Shown here: positions 1-11,361 of the stretch, one piece after another | Position numbering within the stretch: position 1 is the first letter of the stretch | Layout of the letters: every line of letters starts with the position of its first letter | Translations under genes and position numbers: made by a program | The notes under the pieces: model-generated | What the model saw: the letters and a program-made list of their open reading frames with translations, nothing else | Told to the model about the DNA's origin: nothing | Databases searched by the model: none | Assembly (NCBI RefSeq): GCF_964213995.1 | Contig: NC_135805.1 | Span: 41,726,001 to 41,790,000, forward strand | Direction of reading: 5' to 3' | Length of the DNA stretch: 64,000 nt | From: Mustelus asterias | Taxonomy: Eukaryota

Positions 1-1346
1 GAAAAATAACACAATTCCAAGCCAGTTAGATATGATCCAGTGGGATCAAAGAACTATATAATTTTAAAATTGCACAAGGGATTGCAACTTAGCAGCTCGA
101 GGAGTGTAGGTTAAATGCTGCGAAGAAACAAACACTTTCTGTGTGGCCTTCCTTCACCATTCGAAAGTGAGTAATAATTAATTTATCTTTAATGTGATTA
201 TTCCCTTGCTAGCTGTAGTTTTTCTACACTTTCCATCAAGTGGCCCCAAGGTCCACATGTTGAGTGTGATCTACGACTACTGGCAGGAAATTAAAACACT
301 GTTTTGCAGAGGGATGCTGATTAGGTAGTATGTTTCTTCAGGCCTCCAGGCTGACCCGCAAGCCCATGGGCACAGCACTCTCCACCAGGGACCTGAGTGT
401 TGAATGATGGCACATTTGTACACAGCGTCACCTACTGTGGTGAATTGTGTTTTTTTTTAATGAACCTATGTGGGGATGGAGGAGAGGGGGGGAGGAGTGA
501 AGGGATATCAATGGATTTACTTTAGGTTAAAAAGCAAACAAATTTTGAGCCTAATAGGAATCCAAATGCTGCCATCTGCCCTCACTCTGACAGATATCAA
601 AACCTCTCTTTATCCCGCTCGCCTGTCAGATAGGAGCGCTGAACAAGCAGTAAATTCACAGCGTGTGGCACAGAGCCTCATATCCTGCAGAAGTCAAAGG
701 TTGCCAACAGAACTACTTATACTTCTGCGCTATATCACGCAACTTTAATAACAACCTCGCTTTTTTTTTGAAAAAGAGCAGCAAATTAAGCTTCAAACTG
801 TTGTTGACAACACACTTCAGTAACAACTCCATAACGGAGAGTGCTTTGTGTTTACAGTCTGGTTTGTTCTCGTTCCTCCTCACAAATCGGAGACATTTTG
901 ACACGGACACTGTGACTTGTTTTTCTACCCCCGGAGTGAAACACTAAATGCAATTGGTTAAGGGACCCCCATATGTGAGAAATAGTTTTCGCTGACATTA
1001 ATCAGCAGGTAACATTCTATAGTTATACTGTCATTGCTGGTCCTGTAGCATCAGTGATTGAGCAGCAGTGAATACAGCGAGCTGTAATTATACTGCTCAC
1101 TTAGCCACACACTCAAACGTTCTCAACCAATGCTACTTGATGTTTTTGTATGACTAGTGAGTTTGCTATTGACTGAAAAGTCAATGGAAATCATATCCAA
1201 TCGCCCTTTCCTCTCCACAGCTGTTGAACATGTTACCCCAAGATCTGTCTCCATCATTCCTGAACCTCTTATGTTTGAATTCTTCCACAGTAAGAAGTTT
1301 AACAACACCAGGTTAAAGTCCAACAGTTTTATTTGGTAGCAAAAGC

Positions 1347-1383
1347 CACAAGCTTTTGGAGCCTTAAGCTCCTTCTTCAGGTG
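1347..1383 (-). ncRNA. Minimal type-I hammerhead ribozyme motif (decayed) in the Penelope pLTR
   Basis: Minus strand reads CAC-CTGAAGA-A-GGAGC-TTAAG-GCTCC-AAAA-GC-TT-GTG: stem I, core, stem II and palindromic AGCT stem III. GAAA is mutated to AAAA at a CpG. Confidence 0.75.
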
Positions 1384-1592
1384 AGTGGGAATTCTGTTCA
1401 CAATCAGGGCATATAGAGACACAAACTCAATTTACAGAATAATGGTTGGAATGCGAATACTTACAACTAATCAAGTCTTAAAGGTACAAAACAATGTGAG
1501 TGGAGAGAGCATTAAGACAGGTTAAAGAGATGTGTATTGTCTCCAGACAAGACAACCAGTGAGACTCTGCAAGTCCAGGCAAGCTGTGGGGA

Positions 1593-1996
1593 TTACAGAT
1601 AGTGTGACATGAACCCAATATCCCAGTTGAGACTGTCCTCATGTGTGCGGAACTTGGCTATCAGTTTCTGCTCAGCGACTCTGCGCCGTCGTGTGTCGTG
1701 AAGGCCGCCTTGGAGAACGCTTACCCAAATATCAGAGGCCGAATGCCCGTGACCGCTGAAGTGCTCCCCAGCAGGAAGAGAACAGTCTTGCCTGGTGATT
1801 GTCGAGCGGTGTTCATTCATCTGTTGTCGCAGCGTCTGCATGGTTTCCCCAATGTACCATGCCTCGGGACATCCTTTTCTGCAGCATATCAGGTAGACAA
1901 CGTTGGCCGAGTTGCAAGTGTATGTACCGTGTACCTGGTGGATGGTGTTCTCACGTGAGATGATGGCATCTGTGTCGATGATCCGGCACGTCTTGC
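1593..1996 (-). pseudogene. GIY-YIG endonuclease domain (C-terminus of the Penelope ORF)
   Basis: Translation NVVYLICCRKGCPEAWYIGETMQTLRQQMNEHR...VAEQKLIAKFRTHEDSLN gives the VVY..YIG, R..EH, E and N motifs of Penelope GIY-YIG. Confidence 0.88.
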
Positions 1997-3119
1997 CCAT
2001 GGTATTCGAGGCAAGGTACTGACATGGATTGACGATTGGCTGTCAGACAGAAGGCAGAGAGTTGGGATAAAAGGTTCTTTCTCAGAATGGCAACCGGTGA
2101 CAAGTGGTGTCCCGCAGGGTTCAGTGTTGGGGCCACAGCTGTTCTCTTTATATATTAACGATCTAGATGACGGGACTGGGAGCATTCTGGCCAAGTTTGC
2201 CGATGATACAAAGATAGGTGGAGGGGCAGGTAGTATTGAGGAGGTGGGGAGGCTGCAGAAAGATTTAGACAGTTTAGGAGAGTGGTCCAAGAAGTGGCTG
2301 ATGAAATTCAACGTGGGCAAGTGCGAGGTCGTACACTTTGGAAAAAAGAATAGAGGCATGGACTATTTTCTAAACGGTGACAAAATTCATAATGCTAAAG
2401 TGCAAAGGGACTTGGGAGTCCTAGTCCAGGATTCTCTAAAGGTAAACTTGCAGGTTGAGTCCGTAATTAGGAAAGCAAATGTAATGTTGTCATTTATCTC
2501 AAGAGGCTTGGAATACAAAAGCAGGGATGTACTTCTGAGGCTTTATAAAGCACTGGTTAGGCCCCATTTGGAGTACTGTGAGCAATTTTGGGCCCCACAC
2601 CTCAGGAAGGACATACTGGCACTGGAGCGGGTCCAGCGGAGATTCACACGGATGATCCCAGGAATGGTAGGCCTGACATACGATGAACGTCTGAGGATCG
2701 TGGGATTATATTCATTGGAGTTTAGGAGGTTGAGGGGAGATCTGATAGAAACTTACAAGATAATGAACGGCTTAGATAGGATGGACGTAGGGAAGTTGTT
2801 TCCATTAACAGGGGAGACTAGGACGCGGGGGCACAGCCTTAGAATAAAAGGGAGTCACTTTAGAACAGAGATGAGGAGAAATTTCTTCAGCCAGAGAGTG
2901 GTGGGTCTGTGGAATTCATTGCCACAGAGGGCTGTGGAGGCCGAGACGTTGAGCGTCTTCAAGACAGAAATTGATAAATTCTTGATTTCTCGAGGAATTA
3001 AGGGCTATGGGGAGAGAGCGGGTAAATGGAGTTGAAATCAACCATGATTGAATGGTGGAGTGGACTCGATGGGCCGAATGGCCTTACTTCCGCTCCTATG
3101 TCTTATGGTCTTATGGTCT
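1997..3119 (+). mobile_element. 5'-truncated young CR1 LINE (RT C-terminal half plus 3' UTR)
   Basis: Open 312-aa frame with [11 protein letters not shown] and FADD, and a 3' octamer tail (tcttatgg)n. Confidence 0.95.
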
Positions 3120-3332
3120 AGGTTGCTGTGGCAGGGTTGTGTGGTGTCGTGGTCACTGTTCTCCTCAAGGCTGGGTAGTTTGCTGCGGACAATGGTATGT
3201 TTGAGTTTGTGCGGTTGTTTGAAGGCAAGAAGTGGGGGTGTGGGGATGGCCTTGGCGAGATGTTCATCTACATCAATGACATGTTGAAGGAGATGTTGGA
3301 GGAGATGTCGTGCGGCTGATGAATTTGGTCAA

Positions 3333-4016
3333 CATACTCTTGCAACTCGGCCAACATTGTCTACCTGATACGCTGCAGGAAAGGATGTCCCAAGACATGG
3401 TACATTGGGGAAACCATGCAGACGCTACGACAACGGATGAATGAACACCGCTCGACAATCACCAGGCAAGACTGTTCTCTTCCTGTTGGGGAGCACTTCA
3501 GCGGTCACAGGCATTCGGCCTCTGATATTCGGGTAAGCATTCTCCAAGACGGCCTTCACAACACACAACCGCGCAGAGTCGCTGAGCAGAGACTGATAGC
3601 CAAGTTCCACACACATGGGGACGGCCTCAACTGAGATTTTGTGTTCATGTCACACTATCTGTAACTCCCACAACTTGCCTGGACTTTCAAAGTCTCACTG
3701 GCTGTCCTGTCTGGAGACAATACACATCTCTTTAACCTGTGTTTAACCCTCTCTCCACTCACATTGTCTGTACCTTTAAGACTTGATTAGCTGTAAAGAC
3801 TCGCATTCCAATCATTATTCATTATTCTGTAAATTGAGTTTGTGTCCTTATATGCCCTGTTTGCCGTTTATGAGCAGATCTCCCACTCACCTGACGAAGG
3901 AGCAGCGCTCTAAAAGCTAGTGGCGTTTGCTACCAAATAAATCTGTTGGACTTTAACCTGGTGTTGTTAGACTCCTTACTGTGTTTACCCCAGTCCAACG
4001 CTGGCATCTCCACTTC
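3333..4016 (+). mobile_element. Penelope-like element 3' end (GIY-YIG fragment plus pLTR), inverted relative to 1286-3310
   Basis: ORF MQTLRQRMNEHRSTITRQDCSLPVGEHFS is homologous to the 1593-1996 frame. It contains an HHR motif and ends ccccagtccaacgctggcatctccac. Confidence 0.9.
3888..3922 (+). ncRNA. Minimal type-I hammerhead ribozyme motif (decayed)
   Basis: CAC-CTGACGA-A-GGAGC-AGC-GCTCT-AAAA-GC-TA-GTG; the canonical CGAAA is eroded to TAAAA. Confidence 0.75.
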
Positions 4017-4350
4017 TTGAATTACGGCAGTCCATGTGGTGTAGGTAGGGAGGGAGTCCCAGGATTTTGACCCAGCAACAATGAAGGAATGGTGATATCG
4101 TTCAAGTCAGGATGGTGAGTGGTTTAGAGGGGCAATTCCAGGTGGTGGTGTTCCCAGGCATCTGCTGCCCTTGTCCTTCTAGATAGTAGTGGTCATTGGT
4201 TTGGAAGGTGCTGTGTAAGGAGGTTTGGTGAGTTCCTACCGTGCAAATTACAGATGGGGTATGCATTGCTTCTACTGTGCATTAGTGGTGGAGGGAGTGA
4301 ATGCTGTGGATTGGATGCCAATCAAGCGGCCTGCTTTGTCCTGGAATGCA
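4017..4350 (-). mobile_element. 3' fragment of a second CR1/L2-type LINE family (LINE-B)
   Basis: Reverse complement of the segment also seen at 27400-27660 and 48630-48850 (..cagcaccttcca..gggtcaaaatcctgg..ctgcag). Confidence 0.75.
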
Positions 4351-5109
4351 ACCAATTAAGCCAAACTGACATTATGGTACTGCTCCCGCTGTAAAGCAAT
4401 ATCTTCCTTTGGAGACAGTTAGATCAACTTTCTGTGTGCATGCAAACTCAATCAGAAGCCAGGTAACACAGGAAGACAGCTCCCCAGATTGCCAAATGAA
4501 TTGCTTCTTATTAGAGTCAAGAGGCTCATTTCCTGCCTATTAAGATGCTAAATTGTGATTGCCGTGGCTGGACTCTGACAAATGCTCAAATAGTGCCGCT
4601 GTGTTCCTGCATGCTTTCAGATACAACAACATGAACAAATACATTCCAACCTTTGTGGTTGTCACTATGAAACTCTCACTTCACTCCTCCTCATGTCTTT
4701 ATACAGCTGTATTAGAAAATGCTGAGAACAGAAAAATCCCCTTCACAGTGGTAGGATGCTTTACATTTAGACAATCAATAATAAAACTATTTCACGTGCT
4801 TATTATCTCATTTTGGAAAAGATATATTAAAATAGTACGACAATATTTTTTCAGTCCCAACATGCTGTGAGCTTTAAGCTCACAAAAGTTGACCCTGTTG
4901 CTGCCCAACCACCCTCAGCCCTGCGTCCCCCAACCCCACATCTCCCAAGATCTGGCCGAATTCAAAATTCAAGGAAAGATCCCAACTATAAGATTGTACA
5001 AACAGGTAAGAAGTGTGAGAAGGGGAGGGGGAGAAGCAAGAGACAAGGCATGGGAATATTGAGCCTTTCAACAGGTTTTTAAAGATGTGGCTACTCAAAC
5101 ATATTTGAT

Positions 5110-6119
5110 TGTATGACGATACAACAGTTGTTGGCCACATTTCTAGAGGTTTATAATGTTGCAAAGAATAGTACTAAGTCTGAGGATTGGAAGTGTTTTA
5201 GAAACCAGCAGAGGGCTACCAAAAAGTCGATTAAAAGAGAAAAACAGAGTATGAGCATTAACCAGCCAGGAATATCAAAACAAGTCGATAGAGTTTTTTT
5301 TTACAAATGTATAAAAAGGAATAGAGTAGCTAAAGTAAACATTGGTCCCTTAAAAGCAGAGAAAGGAGAAATTATTATGTAGAATGAGGAAATGGCACAG
5401 ACTTTGAACAATTATTTTGTGTCTGTCAGTAGAGGACATAAGTTACTTATCAGAAGTAGAGGGTAATCTAGGGGCTAATGAGATTGAGGAAATTAAGGTA
5501 ATTAATATTATCATAGAAAAAGTAGATTCTAGAACAATCACAGCAGATTGGGAAAGAGATATAGGCGGGTTAAGTGAGTGGACAACAAGAAAGCAGATAT
5601 AGTATAATGTTGCAAAGTGTGAGGTTAATCACTTTGGTTGGAAGAACGGGAAAGCAGAATGCTTTTTTAAAAGGAGTGAAGCTTGCAAAAGCTGATGTTC
5701 AGAGAGACCTGTTTCCACTCATAATGAACACAAAAAATTAACATGCAGATACAACAAACAATTAGAAAAGCAAATGGTAACTTGGTCTTTATTGCAAGAG
5801 GACTGATTACAAGAATATAGTAGGACTGCCACAATTGTGTGTAATTTTGCTCCTGATATTTAAGAAAGGACATACGTGAATTGAAGCCCGCACAGCTAAG
5901 GGTCATTAGATTGCTTTCTGAGATGAGGGGGTTGTTCTATGATGACAGGCTGAGCAAATGGGGGTCAATTCTCTGGAATTTGGAAGAATGAGAGGCAATC
6001 TCATGAAACCTTCTGTCGGGACTTGGCAGGGTAGGCATTTTGAGGTTGTTTCCCTTTGCTGGGGAATCTAGAACAAGGTGCACAGTTTCAATATAAAGAA
6101 TCAATCATTTACAGCTGAG
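5110..6119 (+). mobile_element. Old, internally deleted CR1 ORF2 fragment
   Basis: Peptides AKNSTKSEDWKCFRNQQRATKK and NRVAKVNIGPL match the young CR1 at 17400-17640; many stops. Confidence 0.85.
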
Positions 6120-6448
6120 ATAGAATCATAGAATCTATAGTGCAGAAGGAGGCCATTTGGCCCATCGAGCCTGCACCGACAACAATCCCACCCAGGTCCT
6201 GTCCTATCCCCATAACCCCACATATTTACCCTTCTAATCCCCTGATATTAAGGGGCAATTTATCATGGCCAATGCACCTAACCTGCACATCTTTGGACTG
6301 TGGAAGGAAACCGGAGTACCCGAAGGAAACCCTCGCAAACATGAGGGGGATGTGCAACTCCACACAGACAGTCACCTGAGGTCGGAATTGAACACGGGTC
6401 CTTGTGCTGTGAGGCAGCAGTGCTAAGCACTGTGCCACCAAGCCACCC
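6120..6448 (-). mobile_element. HE1-type V-SINE (tRNA head, V-domain, CR1-derived tail)
   Basis: A/B-box head, V-domain (tgtgtggagttgcac...tttccttccacagtccaaag) and tail gatgggccaaatggcctccttctgcact...(attctatg)n. Confidence 0.9.
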
Positions 6449-6449
6449 T

Positions 6450-6978
6450 CATTCTTTTATGGGATATGGGTATTGTTAGCAATGCAAGCATTTCTTGCCT
6501 ATCCCAAATTGCCCATGAACCAAATGGTGTTCTAGGCTATTTAAGAGGGGACTTAAGTATCAACCCACATTGCTATGGGTCTGGAGTCATGTGTAGGCCA
6601 GACCAGGTAAGGACGGCAGATTTTCTTTTCAAAAGAACATTAGTTTAACATTTAAGAAAAACTTGGACGGGTTCATGGATGAGAGGGGTGTGGAGGGATA
6701 TGGTCCAAGTGCAGGTCAGTGGGACTAGGCATAAAATGGTTCGGCACAGACAAGAAGGGCCAAAAGGCCTGTTTCTGAGCTGTAATTTTCTATGGTTCTA
6801 TAGTGAACCAGATGGGTTTTTCCGACAATCGATGTTAATTGTCGTGGTCACTATCACTGAAGCTAGCTTTTATACTAGCTTTGGCACCACGTGTCATAGG
6901 ATTTGGACTCTAGACCCAGAGTATTACCCTGGGGCCTCTGGATTACTTGTCCAGTGACATTAACATCATTATACCTCC
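6450..6978 (-). mobile_element. tRNA-headed SINE with LINE-B tail (SINE-C), interrupted by a CR1 3' end at ~6646-6799
   Basis: Homologous to 26940-27268 and 57150-57420. The CR1 tail insert is flanked by a TAGT duplication. Confidence 0.75.
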
Positions 6979-7055
6979 ATGTTATTTGACTGGCAAGCTA
7001 TGAACATTGCTGATCCCACAATTGTTGTCTGAAACCTTAGCATTCTGCATTACAA

Positions 7056-7360
7056 GGGCGGCAGAGTGGCATAGTGGTTAGCATTGCTGCCTCATAGTAC
7101 CAGGGACCCAGGTTCGATTCCTAGCTTGGGTCATTGTCTGTGCGGAGTCTGCACGTTCTCCCCGTGTCTGTGTGGGTTACTTCCGGATGCTCCAGTTTCT
7201 TCCCATAGTCCGAAAGACATGCTGGTTAGATGCATTGGCCATGCTAAATTCTCCCTCAATGTACCCGAACAGGCGCCAGAGTGTGACGATTAGGGGATTT
7301 TCACAGTAACTTCATTGCAGTGTTAATGTAAGCCTACTTGTGACACAAATAAATAAACTA
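7056..7360 (+). mobile_element. V-SINE with alternative 3' tail (type B)
   Basis: Same head and V-domain as HE1, but the tail is ...ggggattttcacagtaacttcattgcagtgttaatgtaagcctacttgtgacac(aaat)n. Confidence 0.9.
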
Positions 7361-7369
7361 AAATTTTAA

Positions 7370-7740
7370 TTCAATGAAAGAACAGAGAGGTAAATATCCA
7401 ATTTTGCAGCTGATATTAGTTGTGAGTCGTAGCATGATTTTTGGATGGGAAAGGAAAACTAAGAAGGGATATAAGCAGACAATTTGATTGGGAAGAACTA
7501 TAGCAAATGGGAGAGTGTGACATTATCTACTTTTGATCCAAGAAAGATAAATTGGATTTTTTTTTATTGGCGAGAGACTAGGGGATGTGGAAGAACAAAA
7601 CTATTTAAATGCCAATGTACAAAAATTACTAAAAATAAGTGAACGGGTATAAAAAATAATCAAAAAGTGTCATGAAATATTGACTTTTAAATCAAGGGCT
7701 TAGAATACAAGTGTGAGGAAGTGATGCTTCAACTATGTTT
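7370..7740 (+). mobile_element. Highly decayed CR1 RT fragment
   Basis: Residual similarity to CR1 (atatccaattttgcagctgata; tcaagggcttagaatacaag..gaggaagtgatgcttcaact). Confidence 0.65.
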
Positions 7741-7799
7741 ATGAGCATCTCAAAAGACAATAACAGTGTTATTATTGGAGTCAAGAGTTCTATGCATAG

Positions 7800-8131
7800 T
7801 GGATTCAGGGTGAGTGGGCATGAGGGGTACTTTGGGGGGAAGTAGCATTGGGGTATGGGGTGGTATGGGGGTGAGAGGGTGTGAGGGGGGTGGAGGGATG
7901 AATGTTTGGGGGCCTCATTTTAATCTGGGTCAATGTCCCAACAAATGGAGGCAGGCCTTCTAACCTCAGTTTCCACCTGCCTCCATCTCTGCCTGTTTGT
8001 TGGCCTGACTCCAGTTTGTCCCCTACTCCACACTATCAACATTGCGTTGACGGGCACTGTTGATCAGGAGGTGGGAATCGGAAGATGGGAGATTTCCCGA
8101 CGTTGCAATCTCCAAGATGAAAATCCGGCCC
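7800..8131. mobile_element. Partial non-autonomous PIF/Harbinger-like DNA element
   Basis: G-rich interior ending in AAAATCCGGCCC, the terminal motif shared by the MITEs in this window. Confidence 0.5.
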
Positions 8132-8221
8132 AAGTAGTTTTACAGAGATGTTAATCCATTCAAAGAAACAGAAATACCAATTACTAGAGTGTTACAATTC
8201 TCCATTGCGAAAGTTTAGTGC

Positions 8222-8470
8222 AGTTTATTTATTAGTGTCACAAGTAGGCTTACATTAACACTGCAATGAAGTTACAGTGAAAACCCCCTCATTGCCACAT
8301 TCAGGTACACTGAGGGAGAATTTAGCATGGCCAATGCACCTAACCAGCATGTCTTTTGTACTGTGGGAGGAAACCGGAGCACCCGGAGGAATCCCAAGCA
8401 GACACAGGGAGAACATGCAGTGACCCAAGCTGGGAATTGAACCTGGATCCCTGTCGCTATGAGGAACCCA
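8222..8470 (-). mobile_element. V-SINE type B
   Basis: Reverse complement of 7056-7360 with internal deletions. Confidence 0.88.
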
Positions 8471-9000
8471 TGCATCTGGCATCAGAATCAGGTGGATAAA
8501 GTGAGTCTAAAAACAGGTGACCATACAGAATTGGGAAGTGGGGAAGGCAGAAGCGATTACACCAAATAACAAGGAAGACAACACTTGAATTTATATGCAG
8601 TCCCCACCATTAACAGCACCTCTGCTTATATCAAGCAGCTGCCTGGTTAGATAAGTAGTGCTGACCAGTTTCCATTACCATAGTCGTCAATTATAAGAGC
8701 GCCATTTAAGCTGTATTAATTGGGCCAGCTAACACTGTCAATTCAATCAGTGTTCTAGGTGCGATTATATTTCATTAAGCCCTCTCATCTCTGTCCTCTC
8801 CAACCCTCTTTATTTCTCTCTTTCTTGCTTTGTTTTACCCTCTTCAGTCAAAGTTGTGCACATCTGTTTGCCGATCATCATTGCTATTGGATGTAGATGA
8901 CAGGAATAAATACATCGGGCAGTAAATTCATCAGCGGCACCAAAATTAAACTGGGCTACTTTTCTGAGAATTTCTAAGTAACGTTGAACCAAGAAAACTA

Positions 9001-9048
9001 TTGCTGGAGTTAATTGGTCATTGCTGGAGTTAGTTAGTCACTGTTGGA
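9001..9048. repeat. 20-bp tandem duplication (about 2.4 units)
   Basis: ttgctggagttaattggtca / ttgctggagttagttagtca / ctgttgga. Confidence 0.8.
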
Positions 9049-9244
9049 TATTGAAAGGATTAGTTGGAAGATTCTCGGGTCTTGGTGTTCACGGGGAGGG
9101 TATAGGTGAGGCTGACAACATCTGAAGAAGGCCTTGGGAAGTTGCAGCCCTGCTGTAATTGTTCAATGGTGTAACCGGTCATCACGTGTAGTGATAAATC
9201 ATGTTCACACAAGTTTGCTCACGGTAACCGATGGGGAATATATT

Positions 9245-9638
9245 GCCTTTCATTGCCTAAGGGCATCCCACAGTGATTTGCGGCAAATAAATTCTTTTGA
9301 TGTGTAGTCACTGTTGTAATGCAGGCAAGTGCAGCGACCAATTGGCACGTACAGCAGTGAGATAAATATCCAACGTGTTTTTGGCTGAGGGATAAATGCT
9401 GGTTTTGATACTGAGATAACTCGCCTGCCCTGCTGTTGTTTATACAATACCGTGGGATCTTTTACATCCACCTGAGAGGAAAGTCAGCCTCTCGAGTGTA
9501 GTTTCTCAGCCAAAGGATCAACAGGGCAACACTGAAAAGTCAGGCTAAATTATTAGCTTGAGTCTCTTGACTGGTTCTAGAATCCTACAAGCTCCTGACT
9601 CAGAGATGAGAATGATACCACTCAGCCAAGACTAACAC
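9245..9638 (-). mobile_element. DeuSINE (SacSINE1/AmnSINE1-like), old
   Basis: The minus strand has the Deu-domain core ctctcaggtggatgtaaaagatcccacgg...tttatccctcagcc...acaacagtgactacac and a tRNA-like head. Confidence 0.8.
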
Positions 9639-10619
9639 AAGTGTTTGCAATGAGAACGAACCTAAGGGAAATGAATGGAAATGCTTCATTTTCTTTGCAC
9701 ACACACTTTCACTCAGCTGAAGAGAGAGAAGAGAAAAATAATACACATTGTAAATTCTCCCATTCCAACCTGTTCCGGTCTCGTTCTTCAGAATATTAGA
9801 AATTCTCACGACTATGGAGCAGGAGCAGTAAAATGTTACAAAAAACACAGCTTAAGTTCATGCTGAGTTGTCCCACAAATAGTTAATATTCTCTTGGCAA
9901 CCTCCACACCATCAAGGCCAAAAGTATCAGTTTACTGGCTGGAGAATCATACTTACTCACTGTCCTTTGCAACATCAGAATCTCATATCACTTGAGCCAT
10001 CATCTTATCCTACATAGGCTGTGTTTCAAAGCAGTTGGGAAGAATTCCATGCATTAATTCCCCTGATGAAGCACAGCTTCCCAAGTTCTGAGGTCATTTT
10101 TCAAAGTCCTCGGGAGAAAAGGTGACAGGTGGACATTAGTGCTGTCATCAGTTTCAGGGGTCACGTTTACAAAGGTTCCCTGGAATTTGGAGGAAAATTG
10201 AGATTTAGGAGGAAATATATTTAATTTTTCATCATTTTCTAGACTTTAAAGCAGCCTCAAATAAATCGTGACTCTCCTCGATATCATTTACATGACATCA
10301 AACATTTTTCTGCAAGTTATATTGATCCCACTACCATAAGAATTTTACATTTGAATTGCCAAATTAGCGATAATTTTATAAATGTCTTTCAAAATGGACA
10401 GAAACTCCGCAGGGACAGAACATTCCTGCCCAAATTTGTATCCATGCGTTCCCAGTGGATTAAATTCCATGCTGGGAACATAAATTTCTAAAATTAACCC
10501 CACAGGCTTTTTAATCGATAATCAGCAATCTGTGTAAATGCAGGGTAGGCGCATTGAGCAAGTAGGCCTCAGAGCCTTAATTCAGATTGCAATGTACCAG
10601 CCAGTCACACTTTGTACAT

Positions 10620-11130
10620 TATACAAGCATATGAATTAGGAGTAGGAGAAGGCCACTCGGCCCCTCGAGCCTGCCCCACCATTCAATAAAATTGTGGCTG
10701 ATCTGTTTGTGGCCTCAACTCCACATTGATAGAATTATAGAATCCCTACAGTACAGAAGGAGGTCATTTGGCCCATCGAGTCTGTACCAACCACAATCCC
10801 ACCCAAGCCCTATTCCCGTAACCCCACGCTTTTACTCTGCTAATCCCCCTGACACTAGGGTCAATTTAGCATGGCCAATCAACCTAACCTGCACACCTTT
10901 GGACTGTGGGAGGAAACTGGAGCACCCGGAGGAGACCTACATAAACACGGGAAGAACATGCAAACTCCACACAGACAGTGACCCGAGGCCGAAATTGAAC
11001 CTGGGTCCCTGGTACTGTGAGGCAGCAGTGCTAACCACCCACATTGGGAAGCGAGTTCCAAAGATCCTTGACACTCCGACGAAAAAATATTTCTTCTCAA
11101 CTCTATTTTTAAACCGTATCCCATAGTTCT
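10620..11130 (-). mobile_element. CR1 3' end fragment interrupted by an HE1 SINE
   Basis: gaattaggagtaggagaaggccactcggcccctcgagcctg is the CR1 3' UTR hairpin; the element resumes after 11046. Confidence 0.7.
10729..11038 (-). mobile_element. HE1-type V-SINE with 8-bp TSD CCACATTG
   Basis: V-domain and CR1 tail; CCACATTG at 10721-10728 and 11039-11046. Confidence 0.9.
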
Positions 11131-11361
11131 AGTTAATCAATCACGTTAGTGATTACTGCAGAGAATCTTCTGGACTGTCACTCTCCCCAGGGTGTTTTGT
11201 ATATCATGAGAAACATCTGGCTAAAAGCTGCTAAAGGAAGCCATTGATATTAGCAACACAACACTATACATCACAGCAATACATCAATTTTTGAATCTTT
11301 AGTCATTGAATTTATGGACTTAGCAACTCATGCACTCAGGTTCTGTTTTTATGACACCATT

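Larger units (their letters stand above)
1286..3310 (-). mobile_element. Penelope-like retroelement (3' part, GIY-YIG end plus pseudo-LTR), split by a CR1 insertion at 1997-3119
   Basis: The minus-strand ORF carries GIY-YIG motifs. The sequence is the reverse complement of the copy at 3333-4016, and it resumes at 3120 (aggttgctgtggcaggg) after the CR1 tail. Confidence 0.9.

Noticed and set aside
1276-4023. TTGAATT as a TSD around the inverted Penelope pair
   Set aside because: The match is only 7 bp and offset from the left end, and the right flank is a LINE-B fragment with no counterpart on the left.
4855-5005. Possible plus-strand exon (TTTCAG| ... CAG|GTAAGA) with an open frame SQHAVSFK...
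   Set aside because: The peptide is unrecognised and low-complexity, and the C-rich sequence ending aaaattcaagg looks like a MITE remnant. Too weak to call.
7056-7130. tRNA-like sequences with A/B boxes throughout the window
   Set aside because: All run directly into SINE bodies, so they are SINE heads and not tRNA genes.
8780-8960. Long polypyrimidine tract plus CAG suggesting an exon
   Set aside because: The downstream sequence translates loosely as an ancient CR1 RT piece (SKFISGTKIKLG versus [11 protein letters not shown]), and the frames examined close quickly.
9660-9760. Minus-strand acceptor-like site at 9716
   Set aside because: Two of three phases stop at once, the tract is a (GA)-rich microsatellite, and the downstream donor is weak.
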